Of a DNA stretch of 64,000 nt, positions 38,001 to 48,929 are shown piece after piece. The number at the start of each line of letters is the position of its first letter. Positions within the stretch are counted from its first letter, which is position 1. Source of the stretch: Epiperipatus broadwayi. Taxonomy: Eukaryota > Animalia > Onychophora. The notes below the pieces were generated by a model that did no database searches, had not been told where the DNA came from, and saw only the letters and a list, made by a program, of their open reading frames with translations. The stretch lies in NCBI GenBank assembly GCA_028023455.1, contig JAQFVV010000003.1, positions 8,246,001 to 8,310,000 of the forward strand, given 5' to 3'. Made by a program: the position numbers and the translations under genes.

Positions 38001-40519
38001 TGTAAATTGCAAAAAAAAAAAAGCTCCATATGGTGGATTATTTATAAAAAAGTCAAACATTATAACTATAAAATTAGAAGCAGTGAAGGTCTCTGCAGTG
38101 TTGATACAAGTTCCTGCATCCAAGCTCAGTCTATCACTTCTTGTGTTATGTTATTTCATGACCTCTATAACAATTTGTTGTTGTTTTTTTTTTTTTTATA
38201 AGAAGCAAATAAGTTAGTAAGCTAGGTGATATTAATTTTATAAACAATTTGAGACTCAGATTTATTTCAAATAAAGCATTCAATTTTTTTGAAACAAATA
38301 ATAAAATTCATCTGTTGAACTGATGCCCTTTATTCAAGAGCTTATGAGAGATTTGAATTAATTAATATATCATATTGTTAAATCACAAAATTATTCTAGA
38401 ACCTGACTTAATTACAAATAATAATATTTTTTAAATATCAAATAATTTACGATTATATATTGTACCAAACAACAGTAAATTAATATCAGTTATAATCAAA
38501 TTATCTGAACCTATCTTTGAGTAGAGAACCCAATATATATATTTTTATGATCTGTTCAATAAAATGATTTTTTTTTTCAAATTGATAAGAAAATTATTCT
38601 AAAGTAGGCAAATGAAGGGTGTGTCTTGCAAGAAATATATAAAAACACCCCTAGAGTGTAAAAAAAGAAATCATTTTAAATAAAACTATATGCACATATT
38701 TTCTAAAGACAATAATCTAATAAGTGTGAAGTTTTATATTAGCATTTGCAATATTAAATATTTCTTATCTGGCATTAAGCTTAATTAAGTAAAGTAGCAT
38801 AGTTTGTGTTTCATAACTCTATAATGCACAATTTATTTATGCAGCATAAGATTTTTATAAATGCCTGACAAATGAAGTGTAAATCCTTTTAAAGAATGAT
38901 AATATGTGACTAAAATTTAGCTGCTACTTATTAAAAAGGACTTTTTTTTTTGCAAGTTGTTATCTACATTTAAAAAAATGGGATGATTCAAAATTATTTA
39001 TAATTAACAATGATTTATAAAACATTAATAACTATATTATATAGAAAAAATTTTTTAAAAACTTTTTACAAAATTTAGTTTCAAGTTGTTTACTAAGTTA
39101 TTACTGTAATGATTGTGGAACATTCATCAAGCAAGCCTATAATCTGAAGTTCAAATCCAGGTAAGGCTTAAAATTTTTTTTCATGTAGCCGAAGACTTTC
39201 CAAATAAGCTTAGAGTATTTTTAAACAACTATTCATTTTTTCTAAAATAAAACAATACATAGAGTTGCATGAAGTTGAGTGACAAAAGATCTCCAATTGA
39301 TTATTTATTATATGATTTTAAAGCAAAGAAATTTGGATTCATATTGTTTTTTAGAAGAGCAGAATAGCCACTATTTGTTGAAGGCTATGTGTTTTGCCCA
39401 TAGAAACATGAAGAGAATGATATGGAATTAAGGATTGTCCAACTCAAAATAAAGTTTAATATTGAATTGTTGATTAATGAAAGTATAGAATGGCTATTTA
39501 GAAAAGGAATTAGAAGAATATCTGGATGTCAATTCAAAGAAATTTATACTATTAAAAAATATAATTAAGAAAGCATGTAAAATGAAAAGATGCAATGAGG
39601 AATAGAACTCAGATGACAGAGAATATTATTGAAAAAATGTGTGTGTGTGTGTGGAGGGGGACATATTAAAGATGGTCTGATTCAAAAAAGATAGAACATA
39701 AGGAAATTTAGAGAAAATTAAATAATGAATTACAAAAAATTGTGACCAAAAAGAATAAACATTAGCGGATGAAATATGCCAAACTTGGAGTAAAACTAAG
39801 ATTCCAAAGATTAACAGATGCTTGAGGATGATGAAGGACTTACAAAGAGTGGAACATCCAGGATAAAAATTACTTTGACTGGAATAGAACTTTTAAATAA
39901 AGAAGAGAAGGCATGATGAATTATAAAAGATAAGAAAAAGGAGGCTAAGAGATTTGAGATTGAAGAAGAGGAAGTACTAAGAGAAATGAAGTATGAAAAA
40001 AAAATTAAAAAGTACATGGATCTAAAGAAATTAATTTGGAGCTGGAAAAATAATTATTAAATTGATTAACAAATACTAATTTTATAGAGAGAAATAAATG
40101 ACAGTATATATGGTTAATTTTTAAGAAAGAAGACAAGAGTATATAAATGGGTTAGAGTAATATGTATTATTAATACAATTATGAAAATATTGGAAAGAAT
40201 TGTAAGGAACTGTTTGGTGAAAAACATGTTGGAAAAATCATTTACAGATGATATATTTATAATCATATAGTTAATGGAAAAGGCTAAAAATAAATATAGA
40301 TATACATATGATTTTTATTAACTTATGATAGTGTTTTTTTAGGAAATTTGTCAGAAAAAATATGAAGGGATTGATGATTTTGATGATTCGTTGATTAATG
40401 TAATTAGGAGAATTTCACAGAGGCAAAACTCTCCATAAAGTAGTGCCATTCAGAGAAAGCCAAAGTAATCAATGGATACAGGAATGTTTGTGCATAAAAT
40501 CCCTATCTAGTGCCTACTT

Positions 40520-40581
40520 ATCCAATATAGTACCCAGACTAGTTTCTAGCTTGTGGCTTTCATCAGTGAGGAGCCTTGTAT
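40520..40581 (-). ncRNA. hammerhead motif in inverted arm of copy C
   Basis: The reverse complement reads ...ggctcctcaCTGATGAaagccacaagctaGAAActaGTCtgggtactatattggat. The core is intact and stem I has a 3-nt insertion. Confidence 0.68.
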
Positions 40582-40838
40582 CTGAGAGCACTGCACCTAG
40601 ACCTTAGGATCTAATGCAACCCTCTAACAGCCACCTTTTACTTTCTTAGCTAACTATAAAGCTTTATAAGTCCAAAATGAAAACACAATAATGTTGTATA
40701 CAAGCTAATGAGCTTAGCTTGAAAACATTATTGTGTTTTCATTTTGAACTTGTAAAGCTTTATAGTTAGCTAAAAAAAGGAAAAGGTATCTGCTAGAGGG
40801 TTGCATTAGATCCTAAGGTCTAGGTTCAGTGCTCTCAG

Positions 40839-40897
40839 ATCCAAGGCTCCTCACTGATGAAAGCCACAAGCTAGAAACTAGTCTGGGGATATTGGAT
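40839..40897 (+). ncRNA. minimal type I hammerhead ribozyme motif (intact core)
   Basis: ATCCAA-ggc-TCCTCA | CTGATGA | a-AGC-cacaa-GCT-a | GAAA-C-TA-GTC | TGGGGA-ta-TTGGAT. Core at 40854-40860, GAAA at 40874-40877, GUC triplet at 40881-40883. Stem I is 6+6 bp around an internal loop, and the palindromic ACUAGU replaces stem III. Folded by eye. Confidence 0.8.
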
Positions 40898-43854
40898 GAA
40901 TAAGCACTAGATAGGGATTTTATGCACAAACCTTCCTGCATACATTGATTACTTTGGCTTGCACTGAGTGATGCTACTGTATGGAAAGTTTTGCCTTTGT
41001 GAAAAACAGCTTGGGTAAGCATAAAGAATGGTGATTATGTGAATTAGGAGAATGTATGACAAAAATAAATGTCAAGTAAAGTAATAAGTCAGGGATTTTT
41101 GGAGGGGTTTATATCAGAAAAGGACTATTGCAGAAATGTTATACGTATCAGCATTGTTCAAAATTTATATTAAAGTGGTTTTGAAGGAAGGGACAAAGAA
41201 ATGTGAAAAAAATGTATGTAAGCTATGTAATAATAGATATTTACTCAAATTATATTTGTACAAGACTAACTGATTATAGTACAACAAATTATGAGAGAAT
41301 TTATGGAAGAATATACCAATGAGGAATTAATTATGATAAAAACAGGTGAAAGTGATATACTGGTCAATGATGAGGGGCAAAATAATGAAAGTTGAGATGA
41401 TTCCAATATTTAGAATCAATCATTGGAAAAAAAATATATTCTCAAAAAAAAAAAAAAAGAAATCTATAAAATTGTTAAAGTGAGTTAGCAATAGTAATGG
41501 CCAATTCAGTTTTATATAATAATACATTGATGAAAATGAAAAGATGTATATGATATCCTGGTACAGAATGTAGTATTGTATGGGACAGAGATATTGACCA
41601 CTGGTAACAAAAACAAATATAACATGCAACACAACTTCTCAATATACAAAATGCTGCATAATTCATGAAAACTAAAACAAAAGAAAATGACAAAAAAATA
41701 AACATTCATAAAATAAACATCTAAAATTATTTCCAGAAAATTAAAAACAACAATTTTAAAATGTTGCTTTATTTTTATTCTTGAATCAAACATTTATTGT
41801 GAAGTTCTATCCTCTAAAAAGAAACTTGTAGTATCATGCAACATTCAATAATAGTTTAAAAAGTAGTATGAACACTAATTCCTCTTTATCAGTGATTTAC
41901 CAAAAGACAGGTTATATATATTAATTCAACATTTTTTTTCAAACTTTTTTTCTAGTTTTCAAAAACTCATTACTATTTTTTCTTTTAGATCATAGATCAA
42001 TATTTTTCTTTTTCTTCCTCTTCTCTTTCTCCATATATTCTAGACTATTCTTTAGAAATATTAATTTGGTTACTATTTAGCATTAGATGGATATTAAGAA
42101 GTCTTAGTATTTAATAAACAAATTTATTCATAAACAAATGGTTAATGTTTTTCATATCATCTAATGTGTATTTATGAAGATATGAATCACATGTGGCAAA
42201 CAGATGAGTTTATAGATCAGATTTTAAAAGATACTACATGAGTTTGTATTGCCAGATTATTAAAAATGGCATTCACTTCTTTTAAAGGTCGCACAAATCA
42301 AATAATTAAGAAAACCATTACAACTTCTTATAAATGCTCAAGTATCAAAGCCATTTGATTATTTATTTATTAAGAGGTGATTTACTGATAACATGAAGCA
42401 TTACAGAGCAATTGGTTCTGTTGTTCTGCAACATGATTGTAGATATTTGCAGAAACTAGGATCGACATCAAAATGAAAGTTCATTTTCTTAAAATGCATA
42501 AAATCTTGAACTATTATTTTCTTAAAATATATGTAATTTTGAACTATACTTTTAATGATCTTTTCATTTATGTGAAAATTTCCTAATAATTAATGGTTGT
42601 ATTATAAAAAGAAATAGTTGAGCAAGGTATAATTTTGCTTGCATTTCTCTTCATCATATCACTATGACATTCACATATAAGAAAAAAAATTTCAAATATC
42701 CCACTGTGCGCAAAGGTCTTGCCAACAATCTCTCATACAAAAACAGTGAAGAAGAAGAAGGTAAGCTTATCAACTACTGGGTGAAGAAAATTAAAATTGT
42801 TTCTGACCTTGACTTATTTTCTGTCAAAGAATAGCTAAATATTCATTAATTGATCAATAGTGGATGGATATCTAGATTGATTATGGGCCAGTTAGCTGAA
42901 AGGAAAATCCAAAGCTTGATTGCAACCTAAAAATTTAACTTTATCAAAGATTAGATTTGAACCCAGGACATAGGTATATGAAACAGATGTTCTATTATAA
43001 AACAATAATATCTGCAAAGAAGGCTTTAATTAAACTACCATTTTTTGAACTTTGAAAACATATTTAATAGAGATTGGATACCTATGTTTATTGGAGCAAT
43101 TTATTTCCTGAGATACTGATGATGTCAAAATTTGATTGGCAGGAACATATATCTACAAAAAGTTTGTTAATTTTTTAATCAAACATTGGAAAATTTCTAT
43201 AGAAGTATAGGGAAATAATAGAAGCACTATTACATACTTATGTGCTATTTAATTAAGCATTATTACATATTTATGTACTATAAAATGTTTATTAAAAAGC
43301 AAGATTAGTTAAAATGAATTTGTTTAAAGGCTCTGCCTTGTTTAATAGCATTAAGATAATACAAAAATTTGAATTGCCACTAAATCTGTTTTTAAGTTTT
43401 AAAATCATGTTGAAGCTTGCAAGCATGTTTATACTGTACATCATGTCTGACTGACAGATACTACATGTCTAGCAAGAAATTAATTGTCTTCATCAAACTT
43501 TGCTGCTTGAAATCAAAAAATTTCTATAGAGAACATAGGTAAAAACGACTGCATTATCATATATATGCGAACAAATTGTACACTATATATTAAAATCAGT
43601 CAATTATGGATGCTCCTGGCATTTAAAATTGCAGTAGGGGGTCTTATCATGCTTATGAAAATTATACATATAATGTTAATCTTAAGTAACATGGTGTGTA
43701 ATGTTTCTTTTGATTCATTAACTTACTTAATAGTGAAAAATATAAAATGTGAAGTTTATATTTTTTAAAAATAACTGATGAAAGAATATAATTTTCATCA
43801 TATAAACTTTATTTAATTTGACATCATATATTGTAAATGACAAACATACCTAAA

Positions 43855-43940
43855 TAGTAATTGGTGGTCATGTGCTCGCCTACCATCACCAAGAATGGAG
43901 TTTGAATCTTGAATGAGTAAAACTTGAAAAATTTTTTAGA
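43855..43940 (+). mobile_element. degenerate tRNA-derived SINE head
   Basis: A-box-like ttggtggtcatgtgctcgcctacc and B-box-like ggagtttgaatc. Similar decayed heads occur near 1400-1440 (-), 39130-39180 (+) and 42950-43000 (-). Confidence 0.35.
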
Positions 43941-44196
43941 TTCCAATCATGCTTAGGATTTTTTTTTAAATAGCTAGCCCATAATAAACCAGATAATCAT
44001 TTACTTCTGAATGGTAAATAGCTCATTCCAACTCCTACCATCTAGCAAATGATAAGCCTAGAGAGTAATGCTTTTTCCATCGTTATTTTTCCATGGGGCT
44101 TTTTAGCCTGTAATATTTTGCTATTATCTTTATAACAAATGAATGTGGAGATAGTGTCTAATGTTAATAATCAAATATGTATACACTCGTAAAATT

Positions 44197-44403
44197 TTCT
44201 TCTTCTTCCTTTTCCTATGTATTGATTTCTACTTTAACATATCATACTATTTACAACTTTCTTAAACACTTTATTAATACTCTTTATTTATATCAAAACT
44301 AATAGTTTTGACTGTCCTGCAGTCATCATCAGGACAGTCATAGTTTTGATATAAATAAAGAGTATTGATAAAGTGTTTAAGAAAGTTGTAAATAGTACGA
44401 GTT
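44197..44403 (-). mobile_element. Penelope-like fold-back footprint, family 2-related, with hammerhead remnant
   Basis: ~57-bp arms with one mismatch (44245-44301, 44341-44397). The minus strand reads CTGATGA-TGACTG-cagga-CAGTC-AAAA-C-tatta-GTT, a hammerhead with G12->A. It shares GCAGG.CAGTC.AAAC...AAATAAAG...AAAGTGTTT with the 1646 copy. TSD uncertain (GTAAAATT at 44189 and 44404). Confidence 0.68.
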
Positions 44404-44508
44404 GTAAAATTAAAATACATAATGGTGTCAGTGGGAATCAGTTATTATTTATTCCTTTTTTTACTAACAGAATAAATAATCATTACACACACATACACAC
44501 ATGAATAC

Positions 44509-44587
44509 CTGAACTAAATCAAGAAGAGAATATACATGTGGTTCCTCTATCCAATGATTAGGTTGTCTCTGAAGAATCGCCCAATGA
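44509..44587 (-). CDS. RUBCN: Rubicon-family (RUBCN/RUBCNL-like) RH-domain exon
   Basis: Minus-strand acceptor ttttttttttgtttag and donor GTATTC. Reads T+HWAILQRQPNHWIEEPHVYSLLDLVQ (ends phase 0), aligning by eye to Rubicon 'VPGHLTEDLHLYSLNDL'. Joins in frame to the 33274 exon. Confidence 0.88.
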
Positions 44588-46216
44588 CTAAACAAAAAAA
44601 AAATATATTTTTTTTTCAAATTATGAAATTAGTAAATTATATACAAAAATGACAATTTTATTAAGTGATTGTGTAGTAGAATTTGTGTATGTTTTCAATA
44701 GAGAATTCACAGATTACTATCACTGGCTTACATGTTTAATTATGACATTAGTATGCTACAAGATTGACTAATAATTTTGGCTGAGAGACTGGTATAACTG
44801 TTTATATATCAATTTTGTGTCATATTGAGTAAATTTTAAATAAATTAAGAATTTTTACTAAGAACAATGATAAAAAAAAAGTGCAAAGCACTTTTATCAT
44901 GAATAATAGAATGAATTACACACATAGTTGGTTTAACAGTTTGATTCTTTAATAAAATGGATTATAATATGAAACAGCAATAAAAACAAAATAAATATAA
45001 TATAGCATAAAATAGACAGGTAAAAAGACCTCAAATATATAAAAACAAAACAATTGTGAACTTTGATTGAGGAATTTATTTTTTTATAAAGTTATATCAT
45101 ATTTCAAGGCATTTGGGCTAGATTTTTTTTTTTTTTTCTTTGATCAAAGTTGCTTCTAATTTTGGTAATTACAATGTAATTAGAAAACTTTAATTCTACT
45201 ACTATATATATTTTTTTCTTTTCTTCACACTTTTGTTTTTGGTTCATACATTCCTAAGTATTCAAAATCCTTAAAAAGCTTTATTCCAACAATATTTTTA
45301 TTTTAAAATATTCTTAATGTTTTAATTGATTTGCAATATTTATCAGAGAAACTTTTTTTAAAAATAAAAATAAATTAATGGTTTTTAATTTTAAAAAAAA
45401 AAAAGGACAGCAAATCAGTTAAAACTATATTTTAAAAATAATTAAACATTATTGAAATGAAGTATCTTAAAGCATTTTAATAATTTTAGTCTTCTACTAC
45501 TATAAATCATTCAAAGTGATGCATTTAATGGTAATTTTGAATAGCATAATGTGGCTTGTATATGAATAGAGTACATAAACAATACTATTGAAGACATCAC
45601 TAACCAGAAAGTAATACAAGAATATGCTTTACTATCCAGTTATCACAATAATTTTTCTTTAGACAATCAACTGTCAGATCAATCTCAGATAATACATATT
45701 ATAGTGAAATAGAGCAGTTTTAAAGTGTGTTGTTAAAATAAATATTTACAAATAATTATATATGTTATACACAAAAAAATCTTTGTTTTGAGCAATTTTA
45801 ATGATTAGGTGAAACTGTATTGAGAAAATTTATTAATTAAATCTGATCTTTCAATATAAATGGTGGTTCACATCAATGAGCAAAATAAGTTTGTAAATTT
45901 CTGGACAATGTATTATTCCTCAACGAATCAGTTAAAATGGATCTATACATAGGTATCTAGATTTTTAGATGTGATAACTTCCTTTTCTTTTTTTCCTTGT
46001 AGGAGTATATTAAAAACTACATATGTGACATTGCTAAATAAAAGACAAAGACCATCAAAGCCTTATTCATAATATCAATAAAAATGCAGAATGAATTTGA
46101 ATATTGTTTCAATGTATTATTTACAGCAAAAATTAAACATACTGAAATTTACTGATAATGTGATCATGTTGCTTTATAAAAAATATAAAAATAAAATTCA
46201 TGAAATTGAATAATAT

Positions 46217-46747
46217 TTACACAGGCAAAACTCTCCATACAGTAGTGTCACTCAGTGCCAGCCAGAGTAATCAATGGATGGCAGAAGGCTTGTGCATAAA
46301 ATCCCCATCTAGTGCCTACTCATCCAATATTTCCAGACTAGTTTCTGGCTTGTGGCCTTCGAGAGTGAGGAGCCTTGGATCTGAGAGCACTGCACCTAGA
46401 TCTTAGAATCTAATGCAACCCTCCAGCAGCCACCTTTTATCTCTACTTAACTACAAAACTATGAGAATAAAATTGAAAACAATAATATTTTCAATCTAAG
46501 CTCAATAGCTTATATAGTCATATGGGTCTGAATTCAGTTCAGTACACATACATTTTGGTATCTTTGGCTCTTAAACAATCTTATTAGGCAGGATTGGTGT
46601 TAAACCACTAAACATCATATGATCACCATTTCTTATGCTTGCACATAATTGTTATAAACACAGGCAAAACTCCATACAGTAGTGCCACTCAGTGCCAGCC
46701 AGAGTAATCAATATGTGCAAGCATAAGAAATGGTGATCATGTGAGGT
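46217..46747 (+). mobile_element. Penelope-like pLTR / retrozyme-type insertion, family 1, copy D (partial tandem)
   Basis: An inverted head-to-tail stretch in which ACACAGGCAAAAC recurs at 46219 and 46658 (period 439 nt), followed by a short sense tail. Exact 14-bp TSD AAATTGAATAATAT (46203-46216, 46748-46761). Confidence 0.85.
46322..46380 (-). ncRNA. degenerate hammerhead motif in copy D
   Basis: The reverse complement reads ctcctcaCTCTCGAaGGCcacaaGCCaGAAActaGTCtggaaatattggat. The core is mutated (CUCUCGA), while stem II shows the compensatory GGC/GCC pair. Confidence 0.5.
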
Positions 46748-47550
46748 AAATTGAATAATATCTGTATAAACACACACACTCTCTCTATATATATATACAT
46801 TGTAATGGAATGTGGGATGACTAATACTCTATACGTCTATCTGGTTACACATTTGTGCTCCACTTAATGGAATGATGAGATATCTTAACATGTGAATAGG
46901 ATGAAGATTTGATAATGAGTTTTCAAGCTAATATAAATAAATAGACACATTTACTGGTGTATTTTTTTTAATATAATATTATATATATTATACCTCCCCC
47001 TCCCCATTCAACACCAATCCTACACATTATACGAACAAATGCCCAGGGTGCCAATTCTATTAATGAATAGAAAAAATTAACAACTTTATTTTACTCTGAA
47101 TTAGTATTGAGACTCTTCTACTTTTGCCTGATTTACAGCTTAGCTCAGTGGAGGGTTATAGAAAGTTAAGAATATACAGAATGTAATTAAATGAAAGAAA
47201 AAATATTATTGATCATTAAAATAAGATACATGCTTCATTTGTTAATCAACCAAATGATAGAAATCAATAAAGTAGAGGGAGCCTGGGACTCCAGTTCATG
47301 CTGTTACAGGCTCCCAGTTCACCAAAGTTATAGTCTAGTTTTGAATTCATAGAAAAAACGTTTACTAAGATGTAAGTGAATACCTTTTTTATTGTTTTTT
47401 CATCTTTACAAGAAATTTAAAATCAGTTTTCATTCAAGAATAATTGAAATTACCTATCATTCCGTTTTATGCAAATGGTTGTCATTAGAAATACGCAAAA
47501 GCTAGGTTAAGTAATTCTTAGAATCATTAGAGTAACATAAATCTTTGAAA

Positions 47551-47625
47551 AATAGTTTTAAATGAAACCGAATAATTCTAAAATGAATAGTTTTAAATGA
47601 AACCGAATAATTCTAAAATGAATAG
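47551..47625 (+). repeat. perfect 35-bp tandem duplication
   Basis: AATAGTTTTAAATGAAACCGAATAATTCTAAAATG x2 plus AATAG. Confidence 0.95.
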
Positions 47626-48015
47626 AGACACTAGAAATCCTAACTTTATTGATAGAATAAAAAGAGAAAGCATTTGGACATCAAATCTCATTGAAAATGT
47701 TGAAAATAAAAATGTTAACAAAGATAGATTTAAGAACTTTATCTTGGCATCAGATATTAATAATGTTAAACAAGTTTCTATGGCTGAAAACCAGTCAGGG
47801 AAGACAGAAAACAGCTTAAGGAACATTATAGATACAAAAATTAATCATAAAACTAAGAAAAAAAAAGAAATCCCAGTGTTAAATTGTTCATAGGAATAAA
47901 GTTACGATAGTGTTGTGTCGAATCGGAAGTTGCCGAATGTGACAAATCAGTGCAAGTCGAATAAATTATTTTGAATTTTAATTTGATCTCAATTTTAGAA
48001 TTGAACATTATAGAT

Positions 48016-48537
48016 CAATGTTCTTCAACCCTTGGTCCACGGCCCGGTGCCGGGCCGTGGAACTTTTCTGCAGGTCCGTGTGCTAGACGGGCAATAAAAA
48101 GTTTGTAGTAATAAATAATAAGAGTTTAAACTTTAATATAGCCAATTTTTATTTATTATTTCATCTCATTTTTACCCAATTAAAAAAAAAAGAAAACAGA
48201 ACTAAAACAAAATCTAATCAATCATTCATAAATTAATTTGTTTTTCTAGTTATCATGGATGTTTATGGGGGGGGGGGGTAGAATTAAATTTTTTATTACT
48301 TTTCTAAAAAAAATAAATAAATAAAGTTTTTTTATTATATAAACTCCATATATATAAAACTTTATCTTATATATTTAACATTGTTGTTTTGATCAGTTAT
48401 AACAATTATGCTTATCTTTAAGAAAATTTATATATAGACTTCTGCCAGTCTGCAAAGAAATCTTATCCTTATTTTTGCTGGTCCGCGGAACCTTATCCTT
48501 ATTTTTACTGGTCCGCAGAAAAGTTTGAAGACCACTG
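48016..48537. mobile_element. hAT (Charlie-like) MITE
   Basis: TIRs CAATGTTCTTCAA / CAGTGGTCTTCAA (reverse complement of the right end), exact 8-bp TSD TTATAGAT (48008-48015, 48538-48545), and subterminal GGTCCGCGG-type motifs typical of Charlie MITEs. Confidence 0.88.
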
Positions 48538-48929
48538 TTATAGATTATGACTTAAGCTATCTTCCTGCACAAAAATCAAGTTTTTCTGATGATCACAACA
48601 GAAGTTATTAGTCCACTTCCGGTGCGATTGGGGCCCCACAAAAAGTAAAAAAAATTTCAAATCAACACAGAATTACAACGAAATGATTCTTGAGCTTAAA
48701 AAAAAACAATGATTTAAAGGCAAAATTAGTATAAATGATGTTTTGGACCTAAACAGAGACATTGAAGCTACAAATGATTCATCCTCTTTTAATTCAACAA
48801 TTATTGAGATCATTCCAAATTTTAACAACAAACTTTCAGATTATACAACTGAATCCTTGATTACTAATCAAGGCCTAGAATTCAATCCAAAGAAGCAGAA
48901 TCCAATTAGTATCAACAAATAAGAATCAT

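Larger units (their letters stand above)
40414..41041 (+). mobile_element. Penelope-like pLTR / retrozyme-type insertion, family 1, copy C
   Basis: Fold-back with ~280-bp arms plus a 3' tail ending ATGGTGATTATGTG. Exact 12-bp TSD AATTAGGAGAAT (40402-40413, 41042-41053). Splits an older RT-coding LINE remnant. Confidence 0.87.
39800..41750 (+). mobile_element. old RT-coding LINE remnant (RTE-like), interrupted by family 1 copy C
   Basis: INTIMKILERIVRN and FTDDIFII..LMEKAK lie before 40413; IRRMYDKNKCQVK, ALFKIYIKVVLKE and VVLYGTEILT lie after 41042. The frames read through the TSD. Outer boundaries are approximate. Confidence 0.7.

Noticed and set aside
42180-42500. Fragments (LKMAFTSFKG, MKVHFLKMH) reminiscent of a common arthropod transposase-like ORF
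   Set aside because: Requires several frameshifts and rests on a few residues; cannot be supported without a profile search.
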